This document shows, piece by piece, positions 39,590-49,224 of a DNA stretch of 64,000 nucleotides (position 1 is its first letter; each line of letters opens with the position of its first letter). The notes beneath the pieces were generated by a model that searched no databases, had not been told where the DNA came from, and saw only the letters and a list, made by a program, of their open reading frames with translations. Made by a program: the position numbers and the translations under genes. Source of the stretch: a virus. The stretch is taken from the IMG/VR virus record IMGVR_UViG_3300045988_183378; one strand, written 5' to 3'.

Positions 39590-39772
39590 ATGTTCATTCC
39601 TGATATTGCTTTTGATGTTATTAAGCACTTTGATAACATAATCCCAGGAGTTATTTTAATTGTAGTTAACGCTTTATTTATTGCAAAAATAATATCATCT
39701 TATATAATAATAGCTGATAAAAATGATGTCATTAATATTGATAATATTAATGAAAATATGGATGATAAATAG
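39590..39772 (+). CDS. small membrane peptide ORF lacking own RBS/promoter; possible 3' fragment of the IS-interrupted gene
   Basis: starts exactly at IS right boundary; hydrophobic IIPGVILIVVNALFIAKIISSYIII. Confidence 0.3.
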   Translation: MFIPDIAFDVIKHFDNIIPGVILIVVNALFIAKIISSYIIIADKNDVINIDNINENMDDK

Positions 39773-39796
39773 CATTAATTCATAAAAATAATTTTT

Positions 39797-39826
39797 AGTC
39801 CCATTTAATTAAATGGGACTTTTTTT
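39797..39826 (+). terminator. rho-independent terminator
   Basis: agtcccatttaattaaatgggacttttttt. Confidence 0.6.
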
Positions 39827-39837
39827 CTGTCATATAT
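39822..39837 (+). promoter_or_regulatory. conserved promoter motif
   Basis: core 39827-39833; ATG 39870. Confidence 0.55.
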
Positions 39838-39869
39838 TTAATAAATTTTAAGATAAAAGGAGTTAATAT

Positions 39870-40019
39870 ATGAAAGAAAATGGTAAATATACAAGAATAA
39901 AAAAAGAAATTCAAAATTGGGAAATTAAAAGGGACCAGTATTCGGAATCCGGTAATGAATTAGAAGCTGACAGATGCCAGAATCGCATTGATGAATTATA
40001 TAATTGCTTATGGCATTAG
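39870..40019 (+). CDS. small hypothetical protein (49 aa)
   Basis: RBS aaaggagttaatatATG; MKENGKYTRIKKEIQNWEIKRDQY... Confidence 0.35.
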   Translation: MKENGKYTRIKKEIQNWEIKRDQYSESGNELEADRCQNRIDELYNCLWH

Positions 40020-40076
40020 TTATCGAAGAATTGCAAGAAAACTCCATCCGACAAAAGTCGGTTGTGAGTAGTTCAT
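40020..40076 (+). repeat. 57-bp hairpin repeat element, copy 5 (5' leader of kinase gene)
   Basis: TTATCGAAGAATTGCAAGAAAACTCCATCCGACAAAAGTCGGTTGTGAGTAGTTCAT then taggagatttttaatATG. Confidence 0.75.
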
Positions 40077-40091
40077 TAGGAGATTTTTAAT

Positions 40092-40655
40092 ATGGATAAA
40101 AAGACAATAATTGCAGTTATAGGAAAGACATCAAGTGGCAAAGATACAGTCGCAAAAGTATTAAATGAAAAATATGGAATTCCTTCAGTTGTTTCAATGA
40201 CAACCAGACCAAAAAGAGAATATGAGACAAATGGTGTAGAACATATATTTATTTCAAAGGAAGAAATGAGCAATATTTTAAAAGAAAAAACAATCATTGC
40301 TTATACAAAAAATGATAAAACTGGAATAGAATATTGTGCTGCATTAGAAGCTTTGCCATCAAATACATGTGTATACATTATAAATCCAGATGGCGTTAAA
40401 TGGTTAAAAGAGCATAATAAGCATAATTTGTTTAATTTAATTTGCGTATATGTTGATTTGGCTGAGGATAAAATAATTAAAAGAGGACTTCTAAGAGGAG
40501 ATAATCCTGATACTTTGCGAATACGCTTGGAGAGTGAAAGAGAGGAATTTGATGCATATAAAAATTCAAAGGAATATGATTTCTTAATAACTAACGATAA
40601 GGATTTGCAATATTTGTATCATCAGGTTGATTTATTTTATTCGAGATATTTTTGA
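40092..40655 (+). CDS. guanylate kinase-like deoxynucleoside monophosphate kinase
   Basis: P-loop IAVIGKTSSGKDT; SMTTRPKREYETNGVEHIFIS matches GMP kinase S.TTR.pR..E..G..Y.Fvs motif. Confidence 0.65.
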   Translation: MDKKTIIAVIGKTSSGKDTVAKVLNEKYGIPSVVSMTTRPKREYETNGVEHIFISKEEMSNILKEKTIIAYTKNDKTGIEYCAALEALPSNTCVYIINPDGVKWLKEHNKHNLFNLICVYVDLAEDKIIKRGLLRGDNPDTLRIRLESEREEFDAYKNSKEYDFLITNDKDLQYLYHQVDLFYSRYF

Positions 40656-40667
40656 ATTATTTTAAAA

Positions 40668-40698
40668 AAGAGGTGGCAAAAAACACCTCTTTTTTTTA
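40668..40698 (+). terminator. rho-independent terminator
   Basis: aagaggtggcaaaaaacacctctttttttt. Confidence 0.6.
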
Positions 40699-40716
40699 TG
40701 TAAAAAAATGAGTAAT

Positions 40717-40732
40717 TAAATCTGTCATATAT
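40717..40732 (+). promoter_or_regulatory. conserved promoter motif
   Basis: core 40722-40728; small ORF ATG 40777. Confidence 0.5.
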
Positions 40733-40776
40733 TAAATGTCTTTAAAAAATATTTTAATCAAGAAAGGATTTAACAA

Positions 40777-40890
40777 ATGGGAATTACAGCAAAGCCTTTT
40801 GGCAAGAAGAAATCAATTTTTGTAAAGATGGAGAATAGTCTTTTAAAGGAAAAGGAAGAAAACAAGAAGAAAAATAATAAGGCAGAATAA
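40777..40890 (+). CDS. small basic peptide (37 aa)
   Basis: RBS aagaaaggatttaacaaATG; MGITAKPFGKKKSIFVKMEN... Confidence 0.3.
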   Translation: MGITAKPFGKKKSIFVKMENSLLKEKEENKKKNNKAE

Positions 40891-41038
40891 TTTATTATTC
40901 AGCTTTAACATTTTCCTTTATTGTTTTTCAATAAAAGTAAATAGTGAAACTCAACCTAAGCATATTGCTTACCTGTAAAAGGCAGGATTTTAATAATAAA
41001 GATTAGAGAAAAAGAAATAAAATAAAGGGGGACAGGTT

Positions 41039-41206
41039 ATGTTAGATTTTTTGCATGATTATGGTATTTATGTTGTTATTATAGCTGTTATTTGGATTAG
41101 TACAATAATGTTTGTGGTAGGCTATAGTGTTATAAATACAGCTAAGAATACGAATGTTGAAACACAGCAGACAGAAGCTACAGTAGAGAACTATGCAAAT
41201 GAATAA
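41039..41206 (+). CDS. small single-TM peptide (55 aa)
   Basis: RBS aaagggggacaggttATG; hydrophobic YVVIIAVIWISTIMFVVGYSVI; region 40890-41470 lacks promoter motif. Confidence 0.35.
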   Translation: MLDFLHDYGIYVVIIAVIWISTIMFVVGYSVINTAKNTNVETQQTEATVENYANE

Positions 41207-41470
41207 TAATTGATGTGTGATGTGTTTTGGGGGTAGTGTTGATTGATAATAAAGGTTATGACTATAGCTGACATTTTGAACAATAAAATGAGGTGAATAA
41301 GACGTTCATCGATGGAATACATGCCGTTGCCAGTGAAATATCTGAAGATGGGATTTCAGTCGATGTTTATTTGTATATGATGATATTGAAGTATTAAAAA
41401 TGCTATTTTAAAACTCTAAGTTAATTTTTAAATTATAGTTTTAGAGTATATTTAAATGTAAGGAGTTTTT

Positions 41471-42088
41471 ATGTTAAATGTAATAAGCACATGTTTAGGC
41501 TGCTTAGGGGTTATCATTGTTGCTACAGGTTTTTCTAATATACTTGGATCAGTTTTAAATGATGATGAGTCAGGAGTATCTATTGGAGTTGGTAACTGTA
41601 TAGTGGGGACAATCTTGATTTTTTCAAGATATATATTTTCTATTTTAATTTCAATTTTAAGAACCGAATATAATACTTCACAAACAGATTCGGAAAGTAC
41701 TACAGAAGCTACAGATAATATTGGAAATAGCATATCAGATGTTTTAACTAATATTCCGATTAAGGGTATATTAATTTGTATAGGTATTTTTATAGTTATT
41801 GTTATTGCGATAATAGTTATCGGTAATATAATTCGTAAGAATAATGAAAAAAGAAAAACTGAAAAGGAAAAAATGGAGCATGTTCTTAAGACATCACTAT
41901 CAGATCTTGTAAATGAAGAATTAGAAAAAGCTGATTATGCTAATAATAATTCTCAGAATTTAAGAACTGATTTTGATGAATATGTAGATTCTTTGGCAAA
42001 AAAGTATGATACAGAAAAGCAAAAATCATATAAAATAAATGATAAAAGAAGTAAATATCAGCAATCAATTAATTTAAATAAATTTTAA
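41471..42088 (+). CDS. membrane protein (2-3 TM) with S/T-rich and charged C-terminal segments
   Basis: ORF track; RBS aaggagtttttATG. Confidence 0.5.
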   Translation: MLNVISTCLGCLGVIIVATGFSNILGSVLNDDESGVSIGVGNCIVGTILIFSRYIFSILISILRTEYNTSQTDSESTTEATDNIGNSISDVLTNIPIKGILICIGIFIVIVIAIIVIGNIIRKNNEKRKTEKEKMEHVLKTSLSDLVNEELEKADYANNNSQNLRTDFDEYVDSLAKKYDTEKQKSYKINDKRSKYQQSINLNKF

Positions 42089-42145
42089 TAATTAATAAAA
42101 ATAGGATTTACAAAAAAAACAAGTCCTATTTTTTGTTTATTTTTA

Positions 42146-42161
42146 TTTTTCTGTCATATGT
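42146..42161 (+). promoter_or_regulatory. conserved promoter motif
   Basis: core 42151-42157; ATG 42200. Confidence 0.55.
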
Positions 42162-42199
42162 AATTTGTATTAAATAAAAAATAAAAGGAGGACTTAATC

Positions 42200-43249
42200 A
42201 TGAGAATAAACAAGATTAAGACTAATGTAACAGTATTAAACAAGGTAGACCGTAAGAATTACCAGATAATTAATGTTGATGGTTCAGGTGATTCCATTAA
42301 AGGAACAGCCAAGTTAATCAAAGAGGATGGTTCACTTGATGATTCGGTTACTGCAGTAATTACAGCTAATAATGCAATAGCTTACAAGCTGATTGATGAT
42401 CCTAATATTCCAGATGTTCCAACTGGATATACTGTAGAAAACGGAATTTTGCTTAAGGATGGAGTCCCTGCTACAGAACAGGGTTCACTAGTAATTAATA
42501 GTATTATTGCAGGTGTTGCAGGAAGGCTTATTTTATCTGTTGAACCAAGAGAGCCAAGAGAAGGTTATTTCGATATTATGTCATATACAGTTGAGTCAGA
42601 TAAGTTTAATAAGCTTATCAGAAGATCTATTCCAGAAGTTACAATCATTGCTTCTTCTGAGAATAAGATGCAGTTATATATGACATATTCAAGAACTTAT
42701 ACTAAGGATAAGAAGCTTGAAGATGGAACTATTGAAACAGATAATATCTTTGATGCTGCAGCAATCATGTTATATGATGTAATGTCTGATGCAGTTGTTG
42801 ATCATGTTTCTTTTGCGGAGCCAATTAAGGCTGTAGATTCTGTTAAGGCACCTAATGAAACAATTTTCGCAATTGAAGCAGATACAGTAGTCGATTCTGA
42901 CGGAGTTATCAAGGAAGATGATTATATTACATTAAGATTTGTTGCTTCTGAAGGTCATTCATTAAGTCTTTATAAGACAACAGCAATTGACAGTGTTCCA
43001 GAATCAATTTCAAAGGGATATAATGCAAGCCTGATTAAAGCTTCTTCAGGCAAGTGGTATATTAATGATATCACATATAAGATCCCAGATAAGATAGTTG
43101 CTGAGCTTGCAGGTTATAATGTAATTGTGGATATTACATCTAAGGATCATGTTACAAGAATTTCTCTTGCTAATACAAATACTATGGAGATAAAGACTCT
43201 TGTTATTTCTGAAACAAGAGATAGAGGAGACATTATAACCATAGAGTAA
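42200..43249 (+). CDS. hypothetical protein, paralog A of tandem pair
   Basis: N-term MRINKIKTNVTVLNKVD..., C-term VTRISLANTNTMEIKTLVISETRDRGDIITIE colinear with next gene. Confidence 0.55.
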   Translation: MRINKIKTNVTVLNKVDRKNYQIINVDGSGDSIKGTAKLIKEDGSLDDSVTAVITANNAIAYKLIDDPNIPDVPTGYTVENGILLKDGVPATEQGSLVINSIIAGVAGRLILSVEPREPREGYFDIMSYTVESDKFNKLIRRSIPEVTIIASSENKMQLYMTYSRTYTKDKKLEDGTIETDNIFDAAAIMLYDVMSDAVVDHVSFAEPIKAVDSVKAPNETIFAIEADTVVDSDGVIKEDDYITLRFVASEGHSLSLYKTTAIDSVPESISKGYNASLIKASSGKWYINDITYKIPDKIVAELAGYNVIVDITSKDHVTRISLANTNTMEIKTLVISETRDRGDIITIE

Positions 43250-43330
43250 TTGATATTAACGGAATTCTCTATAATTAATTTAAAAAGTAGGGTTAAGGCA
43301 TGTATATGCTTTAATCCTATTTTGTTTTAA

Positions 43331-43346
43331 TTTTTCTGTCATATTT
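43331..43346 (+). promoter_or_regulatory. conserved promoter motif
   Basis: core 43336-43342; ATG 43382. Confidence 0.55.
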
Positions 43347-43381
43347 TATTTGAATAAAATAAAAAAAGGAGATTTTTCATT

Positions 43382-44533
43382 ATGAGAGAAAACAAAATTT
43401 TAGAAAATGTAACAGTATTAAACAAGGTTGACAACAGACAGTATTTAATTACATCTGTTACCGATGGCGTAGGAACGGCTTGTCTTTTAGAAAATGGTGA
43501 AGTAAACGAGGATATATCTGTTATGATATCATCATCTAACGCAATTGCATTCAGGCTTATCAGCAATCCTAATATTCCAGATATTCCAGATGGATATTCA
43601 GTAGAAGACGGAATTTTACTTAAGGATGGTGTTGCTGCTACACAGCAGGGTTCACTGGTAATTAAGAGTATCGTTACATCTGTTCCAGGTAAGCTTTTAT
43701 TATCTGTATTACCTAGAGAAAACACAACAGAACATGATGATTATATTGATTTATTTGCTTATAAGCCGGATGAGGATAAGTTTAAGAAACTTATTCCAGT
43801 TTCAATTCCAATGCCGGAAGTTATAGGTGTATGTGACAAATATGTGATACTAAAGACTTCCTATACACACTTTGAAACAAAGAAGGATTTTAATGGAAAG
43901 GATATTTTCGCTGAATATTTTGATAATGCTGAAATTATCGTTTATGATGGTGCAAAGAATTATATTTCAAGTTATTTAATGCTTGACGCACCAATAAATA
44001 ATGTCATTACTGTAAGAAATTCAATGAATGTACCTACATGGGTCATTGAATATACAGAGCAGGTATGTGATAATAATTATTATAATCCTGATTGTGATTG
44101 TGGTTATGACTGCGAAAATGATTGTGGAGATTATGATGAATGCAATAATTGTGATTATCATTTAGATACAATTACTAATACTAAGGAATTAATCGAAATG
44201 GATCATATTAAAGCAGAAATGATTGCTCTTAATGGTGGTACATTAATGAGGCTCAATAGTATTAATATCCCTTCACATATTAAATCTGTTTCAATTGGTT
44301 GGAATAGTGCTGATTTTATCAGACTTGAAGACAGAATTATGATTGGAGAGTATGTTGATAAAATCATTACTGATTCAAAGATAATGTCTGCAGTTGAAGG
44401 ATATGATTGGATTGTCGATACAAGTAAGGAAGATAATGTAACAAGAATTGCTCTTGCAAACGACAATATGGAAATCAAGTATATTGTTATTACTGAAACA
44501 TCAGATAGAGGAGACGTTGTTAAGGTAGAATAA
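43382..44533 (+). CDS. hypothetical protein, paralog B with Cys/Asp-rich insertion
   Basis: about 50% identical ends to 42200 gene; insert CDNNYYNPDCDCGYDCENDCGDYDECNNCDYH. Confidence 0.55.
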   Translation: MRENKILENVTVLNKVDNRQYLITSVTDGVGTACLLENGEVNEDISVMISSSNAIAFRLISNPNIPDIPDGYSVEDGILLKDGVAATQQGSLVIKSIVTSVPGKLLLSVLPRENTTEHDDYIDLFAYKPDEDKFKKLIPVSIPMPEVIGVCDKYVILKTSYTHFETKKDFNGKDIFAEYFDNAEIIVYDGAKNYISSYLMLDAPINNVITVRNSMNVPTWVIEYTEQVCDNNYYNPDCDCGYDCENDCGDYDECNNCDYHLDTITNTKELIEMDHIKAEMIALNGGTLMRLNSINIPSHIKSVSIGWNSADFIRLEDRIMIGEYVDKIITDSKIMSAVEGYDWIVDTSKEDNVTRIALANDNMEIKYIVITETSDRGDVVKVE

Positions 44534-44566
44534 TAAAATAATTAACAATTAAATAATGTGTATTTA

Positions 44567-44602
44567 TACACCAGTTGAGATTAGTCAACTGGTGTATTTT
44601 TT
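44567..44602 (+). terminator. rho-independent terminator
   Basis: tacaccagttgagattagtcaactggtgtatttttt. Confidence 0.6.
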
Positions 44603-44613
44603 CTGTCATGTAT
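44598..44613 (+). promoter_or_regulatory. conserved promoter motif (CTGTCATgT)
   Basis: core 44603-44609; ATG 44645. Confidence 0.5.
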
Positions 44614-44644
44614 TAATTATAAAATTTATAAAGGAGGAAATTTA

Positions 44645-46438
44645 ATGTCAATGTTTGAACATGTAAAAATTGGAGAATTAACAAAAAAGGTTATTGAGTC
44701 AGGAGTTACAGTGTGTGAACATAACCATCCAGGAGGCTCTTTGTTTGATGCCGTAGATGAACCTAAAAGTTATTTAGATGCTGCATTTAATGCAGGATAT
44801 ACTAAATTTGCTGTTACGGACCATGCATCATTTTCAGCAATGCAAACATGTATTGATTACGCTAAGAAAATAAGTACTGAGGAACATCCATTTAATATCA
44901 TTTATGGCGTAGAGGCTTATATTGAAGTGCCACCATTTAAGATAAATGAACAGATTGGCCATATTATTATGTTAGCCACTTCAGAAAGAGGCAAGCATAT
45001 TATTGATAAGTTAAATTCTAAGGCTTCTGAAAAAAGAATGGGAAAGCCTGTTATTACAATATCAGATTTAAAGAAATATAACTTTAACGGTGATATAATA
45101 GCAACTTCAGCTTGCGTTTCGGGTGCACCAGCTCTGCAATTATTATCAGATGATGTTTTGGATAAAATGATTAACAGAGAAAGAAAAGCACAGCAGCATA
45201 CTACTGAAAAAGACGAGCTAGTTATACGTGATTGTATAAGTCCTGATGATAAAGAATATCTTTCAGCTAAAGATGAATTTGAAAGGGTATCGGCAGATTT
45301 AGATGAATTGATTAATATTCGTGATTCCAAGGAACTTAAATCAGAAAGAACACAGATTTCAAGAAAATTAAGAGATGCAAGAAAGTGTTTAAATGATGAT
45401 GATCCAGAGCTTATTAAACTGATTAACGAATATGAGGAGATAAATAATAAAATTCTGGAAGCTAAAGATAAAATTCCTAATGTCAGAAAATTAGTTAATG
45501 CTAAGAAAGCCGAGTTAAAGGATATAAGTCTTAAAGTAGAGGAATATATTAATCATGAAAATAAGATACAGCATTATGAATCATTAAAGAAAAGCCCAAT
45601 AGAATTAATGTCTGAAGCAGAAAAGACAATGCTTTTTTATCAGGAAATTTTTGGAGCAGGTAATTATTACATTGAAGTTCAGAATCATGGGCTTGAAATG
45701 GAAAGCAGAACATATCCTGTGTTAGCTCAGTTAGCAAGGAAGCATAATATCCCATTAGTTGCTGCTAATGATGCACATATGGCAGATAATTCTGATAGAA
45801 GTATTGATATGCGTAATGTAGCTAAATTTTTAAGATTTATTAAGATAAGTGAGTCGGAATCAGATAAAGAGTTATATGTAAAAACACCTTACGAACTTGC
45901 TCAGGCCTTATCAGCTATATTAACAGATGATCAGGTTGCAGAAGCACTCAATAACTTAAATGTAATTGGAAAAAGATGTGCTTATATTCCAGAAAAATCT
46001 AATCATTATCCAGTATTTGATAAGAACAAGGACTCAAACGAATTATTAAGATCTGAAGCAATTAAGGGAATTAATTGGAGATATCCTAACGGAAAAGGAT
46101 GGGATGAAGAACATCAGAAACGAATGGAATACGAACTTAATATTATCATTCAGATGGGCTTTGCCGATTATCATTTAATTGTAAAGGACTTCCTGGAATA
46201 TGGAAGAATTTGTGGATTAGTACCTATGGATAAACTATCAGAAGTACCTTTAACAATTGAAGGTGCAAAAGAGTATGTTAAGGCTCACAATTATAATACC
46301 GGAATTGGAATAGGCATTGGAAGAGGTTCAGGTGCCGGTTCATTGGTTACATATTTACTTGGTATTACCGGAATTGATCCATTTAAGTATAATCTGATTT
46401 TTGAACGATTCTTAAATCCAGAAAGAGTAAGTATGCCT
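44645..46438 (+). CDS. dnaE: DNA polymerase III alpha (DnaE-type) N-terminal part, exon 1 (PHP domain through ...[10 protein letters not shown])
   Basis: PHP motifs [15 protein letters not shown]; YYIEVQNHG; [10 protein letters not shown]; [42 protein letters not shown]; about 190-aa coiled-coil insertion in PHP region. Confidence 0.8.
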
Positions 46439-47378
46439 AAATATATTGGGCGTTCAGCGTGGACTCTAACTCAGAGGTGTGCTTAATATTTTATTATTAA
46501 GTGCTAACGGTAGAAGTTGAATAAGACTGCTATATAAAGTGTCACAACAGGATATATAGCTTAACCCATAGACGAAGCAGCTTCGTAAGAGAACCTACGG
46601 TCCTAATATTTTTATATAAAAGATATTGAAGGATAGCAGGCGATACCGTGCTAAGATTATAAATAATATTATATAAATAAGGAGGTGTATATTTATGATA
46701 GATTATATCAATTTTACATCATTCCTTGAAAAAGGTGAAAAAATAGTAGAAATTAAAAATCACCACGAATATTACATAACTTCATATGGAAAGATTTTTA
46801 GTATAAAACAAGGGAAAATTCGACAACTTAAACCTTTTTTAGATAGTAAAAAGAATTACAGGATGATAAGATTAGATAATAAAAAATATTTATTGCATCG
46901 ATTAGTTGCGATGAATTTTATTCCTAATCCTTATAATCTACCAGAAGTTAATCATAAAGACAAAAATAAACAAAATTGTAAGGTGAATAATTTAGAATGG
47001 TGTACTAGAAAAGACAATTTATATGATAGTTATAAAACTATGTCTCCTGTAAGAAATTATAAGTGTTGTAAATTATATAAAGGAGATATATTAATTGATA
47101 GATTTGAAAGCATATTAGCAGCAGCTCGATATGCTAAAGAAAAATATAACGCAAGTTATTCCTCAATGCATAAATATTTAAAATGGAATGACTTAAAAAT
47201 TGTTCGTATATAATATTATTTATTTTAAAGTGTAACGACTATCCTTTTTAAGGAGTACAACTGAGAATGGTTACAGTTGGAAGTGCGTTGAAATATAATA
47301 TTAACAATATTATATTGAGATATAGTCTAATCCCACTTATACAAGTGTTAAAGTACTACGAAAGTAGGGGTATATTTG
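46439..47378 (+). ncRNA. group I intron (940 nt) carrying an HNH homing endonuclease ORF
   Basis: exon1 ends ...AUGCCU with IGS-like GGGC at intron 5' end (U.G P1 pair); intron ends ...UUUG before GAUAUCGAU; joining gives ERVSMP|DIDSD contiguous with DnaE consensus; GC-richer structured segments. Confidence 0.65.
46695..47213 (+). CDS. intron-encoded HNH homing endonuclease
   Basis: HRLVAMNFIP...EVNHKDKNKQNCKVNNLEWCTRKDN (HNH with conserved N and H); own RBS aaggaggtgtatatttATG. Confidence 0.75.
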   Translation: MIDYINFTSFLEKGEKIVEIKNHHEYYITSYGKIFSIKQGKIRQLKPFLDSKKNYRMIRLDNKKYLLHRLVAMNFIPNPYNLPEVNHKDKNKQNCKVNNLEWCTRKDNLYDSYKTMSPVRNYKCCKLYKGDILIDRFESILAAARYAKEKYNASYSSMHKYLKWNDLKIVRI

Positions 47379-48134
47379 GATATCGATAGCGATCTTGCTC
47401 TTGGAGTAAGAGAAAAGACAATTGAGTATGTAAGAGCTAAATATGGTAGTGAAGCTGTTGTTGGAATTATTACAGAATCAAGACAGCAGGCTAAAGGTGC
47501 TATCAGAGATGCTGCAAGATATTATGGAAAGAAAGCTTATGATGATGAAAAGAAATTCTTATCTTTAGGAGATCAGATTCGTAAGAAAGTGCCTGCTAAA
47601 GCAACTAATTTTGAAGATATTGTTGGCATGAAAGATACTAATAAGGTTGATGAATTAGGCATTAATATTCAGGACAGCGTTTCTTTGTTAGATTTCTTAA
47701 AGGATGAATATAATAGTAATCCAGATGCTATTTCTATTCTTAATATTGCAGCTCATTGTGAAGGTATGCTTACGACATACGGACAACATGCCGCAGGTGT
47801 TATTATTTATGATAGTAATGATGTTACTGATTATATTCCTATTAGAGATGGAAAAAAGGGAATTAAAACTACAGAAATGGATATGATTCAGTGCGAAGCT
47901 AATGGATTATTAAAAATGGATTTTCTTGGATTAAAAACTCTTACAATTATTACTGACACACTCAGAATGATTCAGAGAGATACAGGAGAAGTAATTGATG
48001 TAATGAATATTCCATTAGAGGGTCCTAAAGCTGATAAGGTATACAAAGAAGTATATGCAAAAGGAAGAACTAAGAATGTTTTCCAGTTTGAGTCAGCCGG
48101 TATGAGGAATAACCTTAAGAAGTTATGCTCATAG
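47379..48134 (+). CDS. dnaE: DnaE N-terminal part, exon 2 (DIDSD...FQFESAGM...)
   Basis: DIDSDLALGVREKTIEYVRAKYG..VVGIITE...AKGAIRDAARYYG matches DnaE PDIDIDF..R.EVI.YV..KYG; ends LKKLCS* with TAG. Confidence 0.75.
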   Translation, partial: DIDSDLALGVREKTIEYVRAKYGSEAVVGIITESRQQAKGAIRDAARYYGKKAYDDEKKFLSLGDQIRKKVPAKATNFEDIVGMKDTNKVDELGINIQDSVSLLDFLKDEYNSNPDAISILNIAAHCEGMLTTYGQHAAGVIIYDSNDVTDYIPIRDGKKGIKTTEMDMIQCEANGLLKMDFLGLKTLTIITDTLRMIQRDTGEVIDVMNIPLEGPKADKVYKEVYAKGRTKNVFQFESAGMRNNLKKLCS

Positions 48135-48187
48135 TGAATAGTTAATTGAATATTTTGTATTAAAACGCATGTCATTATGATGTGCGT

Positions 48188-48203
48188 TTTTTCTGTCATA
48201 TTT
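48188..48203 (+). promoter_or_regulatory. conserved promoter motif
   Basis: core 48193-48199; ATG 48239. Confidence 0.55.
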
Positions 48204-48238
48204 CTTTTAAATTATAATAAATAAAGGAGAACAATATT

Positions 48239-48475
48239 ATGGAGAAAAATAATAAAACTCTTATGCAACGATTCATTGAAGCTGGATATTCTGCAAAAGA
48301 TATATTTCATCATGAATCAGATTTATATGTATTTGTCACACCAATTACTACTAGAGTTATTAATGAATGGTGTAAGGAAACAGGATTTGATAAGGATTGG
48401 CATTGCCCTATATTCACAGATCAGATAACTGGGAAACAAATGTATGATTGTGCATTCCAATACTATACTGAATAA
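48239..48475 (+). CDS. hypothetical protein (78 aa)
   Basis: ORF track. Confidence 0.4.
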   Translation: MEKNNKTLMQRFIEAGYSAKDIFHHESDLYVFVTPITTRVINEWCKETGFDKDWHCPIFTDQITGKQMYDCAFQYYTE

Positions 48476-48502
48476 AAATAAATAAAGTTTAAGGAGAAAA
48501 AT

Positions 48503-49135
48503 ATGGCAATATTTCATGAACATTTACAATACCATCCAGACACAGTAGAGAAACATAAAATTACAGATAAAGAAATCAAATTTTTGTCTGATTTGCAGCA
48601 TGAATTAAATACACAGGACCATGTAGGACAAGCTGATCCTCGATTTTGGGTTATTATGGGGAAAGAAAAGTGTATTGTTCCAGAAGGATATGAAGACGGT
48701 GTAACATTAATAGATAATGAGGCAGTCGAAGAAGTTGCTGATAATATTGATGATGCAATTGTATTTTTTAATAAGGAATTTGAAGAAAACGGTGACTCTT
48801 GGGTTATTTCAAAAGAATATGATGGATATTATGTTACATCAAAAGAAGATAATGATTATGAGGAATGTTTAGCTGATCTTGATGATTTAAAGACTTGGTT
48901 GAATGAGCATAATTATGGCAGATATACTTTCACCTGTTATGCATATAGAGATAAAATTTATGAAAACACAATGTTTTTAACAGAAAAGGCAGCCGCTGAA
49001 CATCTAAAGGCAAATCATTATCATTACGATGAGTACGCTCATACCTATGCTATGACTGCATGGAGAAGTCCTGAAGTAGAAGATATCATTAAGATTTTAC
49101 AGTCAGTAGATTTTTCTGCTATTGTTAGAAAATAA
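48503..49135 (+). CDS. acidic hypothetical protein (210 aa)
   Basis: ORF track; RBS aaggagaaaaatATG. Confidence 0.45.
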   Translation: MAIFHEHLQYHPDTVEKHKITDKEIKFLSDLQHELNTQDHVGQADPRFWVIMGKEKCIVPEGYEDGVTLIDNEAVEEVADNIDDAIVFFNKEFEENGDSWVISKEYDGYYVTSKEDNDYEECLADLDDLKTWLNEHNYGRYTFTCYAYRDKIYENTMFLTEKAAAEHLKANHYHYDEYAHTYAMTAWRSPEVEDIIKILQSVDFSAIVRK

Positions 49136-49145
49136 AAGAATGATA

Positions 49146-49202
49146 TTATCGCAATTAAGCAAAAAAACCCCAACCGACAATAGCCGGTTGTGGGTAGTTC
49201 AA
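49146..49202 (+). repeat. 57-bp hairpin repeat element, copy 6
   Basis: TTATCGCAATTAAGCAAAAAAACCCCAaCCGACAATAGcCGGTTGTGgGTAGTTCAAT; compensatory base changes preserve extended stem. Confidence 0.7.
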
Positions 49203-49224
49203 TTACAAGGATAGGGAAGAGAAT

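Noticed and set aside
2521-48134. Possible stop-codon reassignment (TAG read as sense), prompted by the ATG-TAG mini-ORF and the TAG at the end of dnaE exon 2
   Set aside because: About 50 genes give long ORFs in the standard code. TAA dominates, and TAG terminates a few genes (844-aa protein, MTase, TnpB) at sensible positions. Nothing requires recoding.
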